Positions 55,223-64,000 of a stretch of DNA of 64,000 bases are shown here, piece by piece. Numbering within the stretch: the stretch's first letter is position 1; every line of letters begins with the position of its first letter. The stretch covers positions 1 through 64,000 of the forward strand of contig CAWHAA010000005.1 of the NCBI GenBank assembly GCA_963827275.1, in the 5' to 3' direction. This stretch comes from an uncultured Spirochaetota bacterium. GTDB lineage: Bacteria > Spirochaetota > UBA4802 > UBA5550. The notes below the pieces were generated by a model, which did no database searches, was not told where the DNA came from, and saw nothing but the letters and a program-made list of their open reading frames with translations. Position numbers and translations under genes: made by a program.

Positions 55223-55528
55223 GTATAACACGGCGTTCACGCTCCGCTCCTCGGCGGACTTGGGCCGCCTGCGGTGCGCTGATCAGGATGATCGAGTGTC
55301 GAGCCGCAACAGGATGTTGCGAAAAGGCTCGACCTCGGCCTCCCGCCTTTCCGCCTCCGTCGGTGCCGATTCGGGGATAATCTAAAGCACCGACTCCGGC
55401 GGGGCGCTCGGCTCATTTTTCGGCGCTTTTAAGTTTCAAATAAATTCTTCTTGCAAAAATGCTTATAACAGGCTAAATAACTTTTAGCAGCCAGGCCTCA
55501 AAACGACGGTTATGCTTGAACGCTATAT
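55223..55528 (+). repeat. attC: chimeric, probably inactive attC14 (306 bp)
   Basis: Left arm of attC9/12 type, right arm of attC8 type; core GCTATAT instead of GTT. Confidence 0.75.
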
Positions 55529-55599
55529 GCAATTGCCCCATTTTATATAGAATAGAAAAATATAGTATAAATATTACAAAAAAATTGTGCATATAAATT

Positions 55600-56355
55600 A
55601 TGTCTGTAGATTATAACCAACTATCAAAACAATATAAAAACTATAGAAGACCTGACACTCGGATTTTAAGGCAAATACAATATTATCTTCAAAATGCTCA
55701 ATGTATTTTAAATGTTGGAGCTGGTATTGGATCCTATGAGCCTGTAGATAGTAAAGTAGTCGCCATCGAACCATCTTTTGAAATGATTTCAAAAAGAGAT
55801 AATTCAAAAGCACTTTTGGTACAAGCAATTGCCGAAAAGCTGCCTTTTAAAAATAATATCTTTGATTGCTCCATGGCAATTTTAACAATACATCATTGGT
55901 CAAATGCAATTTCTGGTCTTAAAGAAATGATCAGAGTTACAAAATATAAAATTGTCTTATTTACTTGGATTGGATATGGCAATAACTTTTGGCTAGAGAA
56001 TTATATACCCGAAATTATTGGAATTGATATAAAATTATTTCCAACAATAGATGAACTTAAACGAATACTTGGAAATGTCATAGTTGAAATTGTTGAAATA
56101 CCTTATGATTGTACAGATGGATTCATGTGTGCCTATTGGAGAAGACCGGAAATGTATTTGGATCCAAATGTGCGGAAGGCCATATCTACTTTCTCACGCA
56201 TACCCGAAAATCCCGAGGGACTAAATAAACTACGAAAGGATATTGAAAGTGGCGAATGGTATAATAAGTACAGCTATTTGCTTGATAAAGAAACTATTGA
56301 TTTAGGATATAGATTAGTTATATCTGAAAACAAAGAATGGGGCAACTGCACATAA
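55600..56355 (+). CDS. class I SAM-dependent methyltransferase (cassette 16)
   Basis: LNVGAGIGSYEP, AIEPS, AEKLPF, TIHHW, AYWRRPE. Confidence 0.88.
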   Translation: MSVDYNQLSKQYKNYRRPDTRILRQIQYYLQNAQCILNVGAGIGSYEPVDSKVVAIEPSFEMISKRDNSKALLVQAIAEKLPFKNNIFDCSMAILTIHHWSNAISGLKEMIRVTKYKIVLFTWIGYGNNFWLENYIPEIIGIDIKLFPTIDELKRILGNVIVEIVEIPYDCTDGFMCAYWRRPEMYLDPNVRKAISTFSRIPENPEGLNKLRKDIESGEWYNKYSYLLDKETIDLGYRLVISENKEWGNCT

Positions 56356-56474
56356 CAAAGCACACCCGCTGCGCGCGGCCACAAGAAATGAAGCTGTGGC
56401 CGTGCTCGGCCTGCGGCACACCGCGCCTAAGGGAGGAAGACGGGCCCGGCGGCGGCTATGCTGGAACGTTGTTC
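56350..56474 (+). repeat. attC: attC15 (125 bp, attC11 family)
   Basis: ACATAAC...GTTGTTC. Confidence 0.75.
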
Positions 56475-56515
56475 GAAACCCGGCGGTTTTGAAATTTGAG
56501 AGGAACTCTTTCATA

Positions 56516-57406
56516 ATGAAAAACTTCAAGTTTAAGAAAATCGATGCTTTTACAGATAAGTCATCTCATGGCAATCCGGCAGCTGGCATTTATTTAGATA
56601 ATCTTAATGATATTTCAGACATGGAAATGCTAACTATAGCCAGTGAACTTAAAGGTTTTGTCAGCGAAGTTGTATTTCTATTTCCAGAGAAGGATGGATA
56701 TTTTTTAAAATACTATTCTTCTGAATGTGAAGTTGAATTTTGCGGCCATGGAACTATTGCAATAATGTTTGATCTGATTAAAAATAGCCCGAATCTTTTA
56801 GATGAAAAAGTCATCAATATTAGAGTTAGAAACGAAAATCTTAAAATCTATAATCAAATTAATAATAATAACTCAATTTTTATAACTGCCCCAAACCCGA
56901 CGTATCATTCTTGTAATATTAATCATAATGATCTAATTTCTTGTCTAAATATTTCTTTAGATACAATTAATAGCAATCTGCCAATTGATATAATAAATGC
57001 CGGACTGAATACTCTAATTGTACCAATTATAAATCTTAATAAATGCCTTAATGTGAAGCCTGACCAAGAAGTTCTAAAATATTTCTGCCTGGACAATACT
57101 ATTGATATAATACATATCTTCACAAATGAAGTATCGAAAGGAACCAATAATTATCGAACAAGAGTTTTTGCTCCAAAGTATGGGTATTTGGAAGATCCGG
57201 CAACTGGTTCTGGCAATTCTGCCTTTGGGTATTATTTATTGAAAAATAACCTATGGGCTGGACAATTACTGAAAATTGAACAAAATAAAGAATATGAAAT
57301 GTCTAATTTGGTGAAATTAAATACGGTAATGTTAGATAATAAACTACGTGTTTTATTTGGCGGCTCCGCAACACTAAAAATAGATGGAGCATATACTTTA
57401 TATTAA
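56516..57406 (+). CDS. PhzF-family isomerase (cassette 17)
   Basis: IDAF....GNPA, SE, EVEFCGHGT, EDPATGS. Confidence 0.9.
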   Translation: MKNFKFKKIDAFTDKSSHGNPAAGIYLDNLNDISDMEMLTIASELKGFVSEVVFLFPEKDGYFLKYYSSECEVEFCGHGTIAIMFDLIKNSPNLLDEKVINIRVRNENLKIYNQINNNNSIFITAPNPTYHSCNINHNDLISCLNISLDTINSNLPIDIINAGLNTLIVPIINLNKCLNVKPDQEVLKYFCLDNTIDIIHIFTNEVSKGTNNYRTRVFAPKYGYLEDPATGSGNSAFGYYLLKNNLWAGQLLKIEQNKEYEMSNLVKLNTVMLDNKLRVLFGGSATLKIDGAYTLY

Positions 57407-57425
57407 GGAATTATCGCCGATATTC

Positions 57426-57550
57426 GCACAACATAGCATAGCCGATCCGCTCCCCGGCGGGCTTGGGCCTCCTGCGGTGCGCTGATCAGGGTGATCGAGT
57501 GTCGAGCCGCAACAGAAGGGTGCAGAAAGGCTCAACCTCGGCACTCGCGC
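57426..57550 (+). repeat. half attC (left arm only)
   Basis: GCACAAC-atagcatagccg plus the insert shared with attC14; no right arm or GTT. Confidence 0.65.
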
Positions 57551-57599
57551 TTGCATCGCCATCCATGGCATCGAATAATAATAGACACGGGCCAATGTA

Positions 57600-58439
57600 A
57601 TGTTTAATGAACTACTTGAAATCAACAGACGGCCAAAACCATTTGAATATTATACTGCTCCAGAATTATGGACGGACGGGCACACCTCTCAAAAAATGCT
57701 GGAGTTTCATTTGAATGAATCAATTGATGTTTCATCAAGAAATATCAATTTCATCAACAAATCATCCGAATGGATAATAAGCCATTTCGGTCTTGATGCC
57801 GCATCCAAAATAATTGATTTTGGATGCGGCCCGGGACTTTATACCTCCCGTTTTGCCAGGAAGGGCATCCACGTAACCGGCATAGATTTTTCAAAGAGAT
57901 CAATTGAATACGCAAAGCAGGCCGCGCTGAACGAAAAACTTGACTGTGACTATATTTGCTGCAATTATCTTGATTTTAAATCATCGAATAAATTCAACCT
58001 GATAACCATGATCATGTGTGATTTTTGCGCTTTAAGTCATGATCAACGAAGGATCATGCTGGGTAAGTTCAAAAATATTTTAACACCAAATGGATCAATA
58101 CTGCTTGATGTCTATTCCATAAACTTTTACAATGCAAGTAAAGAAAAATCCATATATGAATTTAACCAGCAATCTAATTTTTGGTCAGCGGATGATTATT
58201 ATTCTTTTCAGAATACTTTTAAATATGATGACGAGAAAGTTATTCTTGATAAATATACAATTATTGAAAAATCACGAAAACGTGTTGTCTGCAATTGGCT
58301 GCAATGTTTCAGCGTTGATTCATTGAAGAAAGAATTCGAGGAAAATGGCCTGAAAATTATTGAAATATTTTCAGATGTATCAGGATCAGAATACAGACAG
58401 GACTCTTTGGAGATTGCGGTCGTAGCACGGACCATCTGA
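57600..58439 (+). CDS. class I SAM-dependent methyltransferase
   Basis: IIDFGCGPGLY, GIDFS, CDFCALS. Confidence 0.88.
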   Translation: MFNELLEINRRPKPFEYYTAPELWTDGHTSQKMLEFHLNESIDVSSRNINFINKSSEWIISHFGLDAASKIIDFGCGPGLYTSRFARKGIHVTGIDFSKRSIEYAKQAALNEKLDCDYICCNYLDFKSSNKFNLITMIMCDFCALSHDQRRIMLGKFKNILTPNGSILLDVYSINFYNASKEKSIYEFNQQSNFWSADDYYSFQNTFKYDDEKVILDKYTIIEKSRKRVVCNWLQCFSVDSLKKEFEENGLKIIEIFSDVSGSEYRQDSLEIAVVARTI

Positions 58440-58497
58440 TCTGCAGCCAGGCTCAACATCCGTGTTCCGCCTGCCTTGCGGCAGGCCCGCTTTCCGC

Positions 58498-58574
58498 GTA
58501 TAACGCGGCATCACCGCGCCGCTGCGCTCCCCGGCCCCTGGCGGCGCCGCCCGTTGTTTTACATTATGCGCAAT
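58498..58574 (+). repeat. eroded attC remnant
   Basis: gcGTATAAC ... ATTATGCGCAAT (cf. GTTA.GCGCAAT cassette starts). Confidence 0.45.
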
Positions 58575-58645
58575 GCCCGGTATACATTACCATGGCATCG
58601 CCGTCAGAATATAGTTGGCAATTCATACCACGGGAGGGGTCCTCC

Positions 58646-59422
58646 ATGAAAGTCACCGCATTTATCGGAAACGTCCGGAAGAAGTACACCTACGATGCCA
58701 CCGTGCAGCTTTTGGAAAAACTGCGGTCACACGGCGATATTGAATATGAAATAGTCATGCTGGGTGATTATCGACTGGGAATATGCAGGGGATGCAAGCA
58801 GTGCTTCGAAAAGGGGGAGGAGTGCTGCCCGCTGAAAGATGACAGGGACGTGCTTTTAGAAAAAATCAATAGCTCCGACGGGATTGTCCTGGCGTCCCCC
58901 AACTATTCTTTCAACGTATCAGGCCTCATGAAGGTGTTCCTTGACCGGCTTGGATTCATTTTCCACCGCCCCTGTTTTTTTGGCAAAGCCTACACCAGCG
59001 TCGTGGTCCAGGGGATATACAGGGGCAAAGAAATTTCCAAATACTTTAACTTCATCGGGAACGGGCTCGGGTTCACCGTGGTGAATGGCTGCTGTTTGAC
59101 GGCTATTGAGCCGATGACCGAAAAAGACCGGAAAACCTTCGACAGGGTCCTTGACCGGCTGAGCGGTAAATTCCATGCGGCACTGGCACGAAAAAAATAC
59201 CCGGCCCCGGGGCTTTTCAAATTATTCATATTCAGATACGCGCGGACAAGCATGAAATTGCTGCTTGACGATCGCAGCAGGGATTACGCGTATTATAAGA
59301 AAAACGGCTGGTTCGAATCCGAGTATTATTATCCGATACAATTAAACCCATTTAAAAAATTGGCCGGCAGGCTTTTTGACCGCATGACGGTCCTGACGAC
59401 ACAGACCGACCGGCAGTCATAA
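58646..59422 (+). CDS. iron-sulfur flavoprotein / NADPH-dependent FMN reductase family
   Basis: CRGCKQC.....CPLKDD, DGIVLASPNY..VSGLMK.FLDR. Confidence 0.85.
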   Translation: MKVTAFIGNVRKKYTYDATVQLLEKLRSHGDIEYEIVMLGDYRLGICRGCKQCFEKGEECCPLKDDRDVLLEKINSSDGIVLASPNYSFNVSGLMKVFLDRLGFIFHRPCFFGKAYTSVVVQGIYRGKEISKYFNFIGNGLGFTVVNGCCLTAIEPMTEKDRKTFDRVLDRLSGKFHAALARKKYPAPGLFKLFIFRYARTSMKLLLDDRSRDYAYYKKNGWFESEYYYPIQLNPFKKLAGRLFDRMTVLTTQTDRQS

Positions 59423-59454
59423 CAGACCGCGAGGCAACAGCCAGAGGTGGTGCA

Positions 59455-60168
59455 ATGCACGCGAGCGATGTAATTATAAAGATCCGGCAGGAACTGAAGC
59501 GCAGCAGCGACAGGAAAAATACAGCTTCCGCCCGGAAATTTTTTAAAGAAAAAATCAAGCTGTATGGCGCAACAACCGCGGTGACAAGAAAAATCGGGAA
59601 AGAATACTTTAAAGAAATAAAAAATAAAAAGAAAAAATATATTTTCGGCCTGTGTGAAGAGCTCTGGCGATCAGGATACATGGAAGAATCATTTATCGCG
59701 TGCAACTGGTCGTATTATATCCGCGGGGATTACGAGCCGGGTGACATCAGGGTATTTAAAAAATGGGTCAATACATACGTCAGCAACTGGGCATCATGCG
59801 ATACCCTGTGCAATCATACTATCGGCGCGCTCCTGGAAATGTATCCCGGCCAGGTATCACAGCTGAAGCAATGGGCCCGGTCCAGGAACCGCTGGATGCG
59901 GCGGGCCGCTGCCGTGTCCCTCATCATCCCCGCCAGGCAGGGAAAATTCTTAAAGGATGTTATTGAGATCGCCGGGCTCCTGCTCGCGGACCGGGACGAC
60001 CTGGTGCAGAAAGGCTATGGGTGGCTGCTCAAGTCGGCCAGCAACGCGCACCGGAAAGAGATATTCGATTATATCATGAAAGAAAAAGCGGCGATGCCCA
60101 GGACGGCGTTACGGTATGCAATTGAAAAAATGCCGAAAGGGCTGAAGATGAAGGCCATGGCGAAATAA
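59455..60168 (+). CDS. AlkD-like DNA alkylation repair protein
   Basis: LW.SG..EE, NWA.CD, W..S.N.W.RR, LVQKGYGWLLK, RTALRYAIEK. Confidence 0.88.
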   Translation: MHASDVIIKIRQELKRSSDRKNTASARKFFKEKIKLYGATTAVTRKIGKEYFKEIKNKKKKYIFGLCEELWRSGYMEESFIACNWSYYIRGDYEPGDIRVFKKWVNTYVSNWASCDTLCNHTIGALLEMYPGQVSQLKQWARSRNRWMRRAAAVSLIIPARQGKFLKDVIEIAGLLLADRDDLVQKGYGWLLKSASNAHRKEIFDYIMKEKAAMPRTALRYAIEKMPKGLKMKAMAK

Positions 60169-60222
60169 TCAGGGGGATCGTTCCTCGCCCTGCCCACGGA
60201 AAACCGCTGCTGGCGGTGCTGC

Positions 60223-60963
60223 TTACGCAGTAGCGGGCGTATGCTTCTGCAGATTGTCCGCTATCACGTTCCGCGCCTTTTCCACGAGCTGGGCCGCCTG
60301 CTCGATGCCGCAGTCCACCGTGGAGATGGCCTCGCCGATGATGATCGTGATCGTCCCCTTCCTGATGGCGAAGGACCCGCTCGGCATGAGGTTAAAGCTG
60401 TTTATGATCGTGACCGGCACGAGCGGCAGCCTGGAGGAGATGGAAAACATCACCCCTCCCTTTTTGAAGGGCTGGAGCCTGCCGTCCCTGCTCCGGTGCC
60501 CCTCGCCGAAGAACAGGACACTGATGCCGTTCCTGAGCTCCCTGCCATAGCGGTTGATGGTCTCGATCGATTTCTTCCCGTCGTTGCGGTCGATGGGGAT
60601 CATCCTGCCCAGCTTGAAGGCCTGCCCCATGATCGGTATTTTCAGCAGGGACCTCTTGATGACGAAGCGGAGGGGCGACGGGAGGCTCGTGCCTATGGCA
60701 AGCCCGTCGAGATTGCTCTGGTGGTTCGAGATGAAGACATACGACGTTTTCCGGTTGATGCGCTCCAGGCCCTCGACCCGCACCCTGACGCCGTTCAGCC
60801 TGAGCACGACCCTGGCCCAGGCCTGGCCGATGCGGTAGGGGACCCTGCCGGTCCTGTCGACGAAGGCCGAAAGGAGCGAGGGGATGCCAAGCATAAGCGA
60901 GGCGACGATCATGATGGTCATGGTCCGCACCGTTCGTAACACATTGATGATTTTTTGCTTCAT
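60223..60963 (-). CDS. 1-acyl-sn-glycerol-3-phosphate acyltransferase (PlsC family)
   Basis: NHQSNLD, IDR, FGEGHRS. Confidence 0.88.
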   Translation of the reverse strand: MKQKIINVLRTVRTMTIMIVASLMLGIPSLLSAFVDRTGRVPYRIGQAWARVVLRLNGVRVRVEGLERINRKTSYVFISNHQSNLDGLAIGTSLPSPLRFVIKRSLLKIPIMGQAFKLGRMIPIDRNDGKKSIETINRYGRELRNGISVLFFGEGHRSRDGRLQPFKKGGVMFSISSRLPLVPVTIINSFNLMPSGSFAIRKGTITIIIGEAISTVDCGIEQAAQLVEKARNVIADNLQKHTPATA

Positions 60964-61133
60964 GGCCTGCCCCCTGGATTGTCATCTGTCCCATGAATAG
61001 GTATAGCAGAGGCCGGTAAACAATCAATTATTTTTTTGGTCGCCGTCCAACTCTTTTCCGGGGCAGGGGCACGGGTGAAACCGCCGCGGGCGGTCCCGAT
61101 ACCCGTCATACGGGGACGGCGGACAGGCCGGTC

Positions 61134-61472
61134 CTAAAGGGGATACATCGTGTCGAATTCTTCGCGGGTGAGGATGAGAAATATCTTGTTCAGCTTCGCC
61201 TTGTTGAATATGCGGGATATCGATTCGTTCAGATCAAAAAACAAGAGCTTCATGTTGTGGGACATCGCATAGTGCAGGAACTTGACGAAGGTGCCGATGG
61301 CGGAGGAGTCGACGAACGTCATTTCACTGCAGTCAATCGCCATCACCTCGGGATTGGCCGCGACGGTCTTGTTCCAGGTCTCCTCGACCTGGCGGACATA
61401 TCCGAGGAAGAACTCCCCCCTGATCTTGATTATCTGCAATTTGCCATGATCTTCAACATCGATTGAAACCAC
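61134..61472 (-). CDS. STAS-domain anti-sigma-factor antagonist
   Basis: IDCSEMTFVDSSAIG. Confidence 0.85.
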   Translation of the reverse strand: MVSIDVEDHGKLQIIKIRGEFFLGYVRQVEETWNKTVAANPEVMAIDCSEMTFVDSSAIGTFVKFLHYAMSHNMKLLFFDLNESISRIFNKAKLNKIFLILTREEFDTMYPL

Positions 61473-61749
61473 GCGGATCTCCTGTTTCGCCAGTGATGGA
61501 TTTCCCGAAGACAGACAGTACCAGATGAATAAATTTTGCCTGTCACAACAAAATTATTGACCTGCGCCGCTGACCATACAATTATTATACCATAGTGAAA
61601 TTTGAGTCAACAAATTTATATAAATTGTAAATAATACGGCCCGCGGACACGAACGCGGGCGGGTCGCGGGCGATCATCGAAGCATGGAGCTGCCGGCTGT
61701 TCCGGACGGCACCCTGCCCGCGGCTCAACAACGGAAACGGGGAAGGCAT

Positions 61750-62940
61750 ATGAAATTTTGTGACGGCGGACTCGAACAGGTTGAAGGCTTCACCTGCGGG
61801 GCGGTGGAATGCGGGATCCGCTACACGGGAAGGCTTGACTACAGCCTGATCGCCGCGGACGGGCCCTGCAACGCCGCGGGAGTATTCACCACGAACCTGG
61901 TTTCCGCGGCCCCGGTCAAGCTGTGCCGCGCCAGGATCGGCGGCCCCGTGCGGGGGATACTGATAAACGCCACCAATGCGAACGCCTGCACCGGCGACCA
62001 GGGGTCCCGGGCGGCGGAGGCGCTCACCGCCGACATTGCGACGCGGCTCGGCGCGGCGCCGGAGCAGGTGCTCATGGCGTCCACGGGCATCATCGGGCGC
62101 CAGCTCCCGCTGGAAAAGATGCTGCAGTCCCACCAGGGGCTCGTATCGTCGCTCTCCCGCGAGGGCGGCAGGCTGATCCCCCGCGCCATCATGACCACCG
62201 ACACCGTCCCGAAAGAGACATGCGTCTCCTTCACCGCGTCCGGCCGGGAATACCGGATTGCCGGTACGGCAAAGGGCTCGGGGATGATCGCGCCCAACAT
62301 GGCCACCCTCCTCTGCTTCATGATCACCGACGCCCCCCTGCGCAGGGAAGACCTCTCGGCCATATTCAGCCGCGTGATCGGGACCACGCTGAACGCCATC
62401 ACCATAGACGGCGACATGTCGACCAACGACACGGCGCTCATACTGTCGCCCCGCTCCGGCGCGCCGCTCACCGGGGACGGCGACCGCGCCGCCTTCGAGG
62501 AGGCCCTGCGCGCCGCGCTCACGCGCATCTCGGAGATGCTCATCGATGACGGCGAGGGGACGACGAAGCGCGTGCGGATCAGCGTTAAAAACGCGCGGTC
62601 CGACGGCGACGCGGCCCGGATCGCCCGGGCGATCGCCCAGTCGCTCCTGGTCAAGACCGCCTTTTTCGGCAACGACCCCAACTGGGGCAGGATCGCCGCC
62701 GCCGCCGGTTACTCCGGGGGCGCGATCGACGAGCGGAAGCTGTCGGTTTCGTTCGACAGCATGCCGCTCCTCGTCAACGGGACGCCGGCGGAATTCGACC
62801 GCGACGGGCTGGTCGCCATCATGAAAAAAAACATCTTCGAGGTGACGGTCGATGTCGGCCTCGGCACGGCGGGGCACTCCATGCTCACCACGGACATCTC
62901 GTTCGATTACGTCAGGATCAACGCCGAATACTCCACGTAA
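61750..62940 (+). CDS. argJ: ornithine acetyltransferase
   Basis: GVFTTN, NANACTG, MTTDT, AKGSGMIAPNMATLL, DGDMSTND, DGEG, DPNWGRI, INAEY. Confidence 0.96.
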   Translation: MKFCDGGLEQVEGFTCGAVECGIRYTGRLDYSLIAADGPCNAAGVFTTNLVSAAPVKLCRARIGGPVRGILINATNANACTGDQGSRAAEALTADIATRLGAAPEQVLMASTGIIGRQLPLEKMLQSHQGLVSSLSREGGRLIPRAIMTTDTVPKETCVSFTASGREYRIAGTAKGSGMIAPNMATLLCFMITDAPLRREDLSAIFSRVIGTTLNAITIDGDMSTNDTALILSPRSGAPLTGDGDRAAFEEALRAALTRISEMLIDDGEGTTKRVRISVKNARSDGDAARIARAIAQSLLVKTAFFGNDPNWGRIAAAAGYSGGAIDERKLSVSFDSMPLLVNGTPAEFDRDGLVAIMKKNIFEVTVDVGLGTAGHSMLTTDISFDYVRINAEYST

Positions 62941-63036
62941 CCGGCGCGGCTGAAAACCCAATTTCAGATTGACAATAATATCCGCCCGGGCTAGAGTAAA
63001 AACCGCCCGCCGCAATGCCGTGGCGGCACAGGCCCT

Positions 63037-64000
63037 ATGCAGAAACTATCAATCATAACCGCACTGTTGGTTTTCTCATTTTCCGCCGCCGGAGCGGTTT
63101 CCGGCAGGGAGAAGGTCCTTATCTTCAACCTCGAGATAATCCACGAAAAAAGCATCCTGGTGGATCGGCACGGCAAAAACAAAGAAGAGCGGTATGACTA
63201 CTACTCCCTTATCATTCCCCATACGATCGCCAAGAACCTGAACGCGTCCGGGAACGTCGAGGCGCAGAAGATAGCCGGCACCCTTCCCCTGGCCGACATC
63301 GGCAGCGACGAGTTCTACTCGCAGATGGCGTCGATCGCGGAGCGGCACGCGGCCGGCTACCTGCTCGGCGGAAAAGGGACCATCAGGGGGAAAAAACTGA
63401 CCCTGGAGCTCGCGCTGGTCGATCCCAAGGGAAAAAGCTTCACTCCGATAACGAAGGAAACGTTTGAAACCGGCGCCGAGATGCGGGGCATCATCACCGA
63501 GCTCAGCGCCGATATAGAGCAGAAGCTTGAAGCCGCCATCAGGGAGGCCGGCCCCCCGAAAAAGGGGACGGAGCCCCTTCCGGCCGAAGAGGAGGAGGCC
63601 CGGCCCGCCCCCGGCGAAACGGAGATGAAAAAAGAGACCGCTCCCGGACCGGTGCCGGTATCGCCCTTTCTTGCAATGTACCGGGCGCTTGACGGCCTGT
63701 CGTTCGGCATCATGGCCGGCAGCTTTTTCATAAAAGGCTCCTTCCAGAAGATATACGGGGACGCGGAATATGTCAGCCCCTATATCCGGTATGGCATACT
63801 CCCGTGGCTGGGCGTTACCGCGCAGGTCGATTACCTTGCCGCCACTAACGACACCCAGTTCGTGACCAAGCACAGTTCACTGGCCCTGTGGGGCGTCTCG
63901 CTGAACGCCGACTTTACCTGGTGGCTCTTCAGCCATTTCGGGGTGAGGCTTACCGCCGGCGCCGGGGTTTCGCACGGCAGGCTGTACGTGGGGAGCGCGG
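63037..64000 (+). CDS. secreted hypothetical protein, possible C-terminal beta-barrel; runs off window
   Basis: ATG 63037, MQKLSIITALLVFSFSAAGA signal peptide; no stop seen before the window edge. Confidence 0.65.
   Translation, partial: MQKLSIITALLVFSFSAAGAVSGREKVLIFNLEIIHEKSILVDRHGKNKEERYDYYSLIIPHTIAKNLNASGNVEAQKIAGTLPLADIGSDEFYSQMASIAERHAAGYLLGGKGTIRGKKLTLELALVDPKGKSFTPITKETFETGAEMRGIITELSADIEQKLEAAIREAGPPKKGTEPLPAEEEEARPAPGETEMKKETAPGPVPVSPFLAMYRALDGLSFGIMAGSFFIKGSFQKIYGDAEYVSPYIRYGILPWLGVTAQVDYLAATNDTQFVTKHSSLALWGVSLNADFTWWLFSHFGVRLTAGAGVSHGRLYVGSA

Larger units (their letters stand above)
40828..57550 (+). mobile_element. integron cassette array (~17 cassettes)
   Basis: Recurring RYYYAAC...GTTRRRY GC-rich imperfect palindromes separating AT-rich inserts. 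Confidence 0.93.

Overview
GC-rich bacterial chromosomal segment; the gene order (coaD-rny-ymdB-dxs-tlyA, folP-cdaA-cdaR-pdxJ) and the Hdr-Flx cluster suggest an anaerobic spirochaete-like organism, which is an inference only. The left 38 kb holds housekeeping and metabolic genes: a LarA-family racemase, an orphan N6 DNA methyltransferase beside tRNA-Gln, a complete hdrCBA-flxDCBA cluster, lnt, ligA, two tRNA-Met, pdxJ, cdaR/cdaA, folP, tlyA, coaD, and dxs/ymdB/rny carrying five +1 frameshifts that look like assembly errors. About 38.6-58.6 kb is a chromosomal integron: intI, attI/Pc and about 17 AT-rich cassettes with long attC sites (123-306 bp), two IS3-family copies and one IS481-family element. 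Its most unusual features are: (i) a ~472-bp gene-less, extensively self-complementary cassette in six copies (two alleles), including array position 1; (ii) cassette-specific 17-21-bp terminal inverted repeats with a near-invariant A/C mismatch at position 11; (iii) one cassette 'chassis' reused with unrelated cargo in an A-B-X / A-B-X' pattern; (iv) recurrent GGA-loop hairpins; (v) two paralogous RelE/HTH toxin-antitoxin cassettes with different operators; (vi) eroded cassettes on both flanks. The right end returns to housekeeping genes (AlkD-like, PlsC-like, STAS, argJ).
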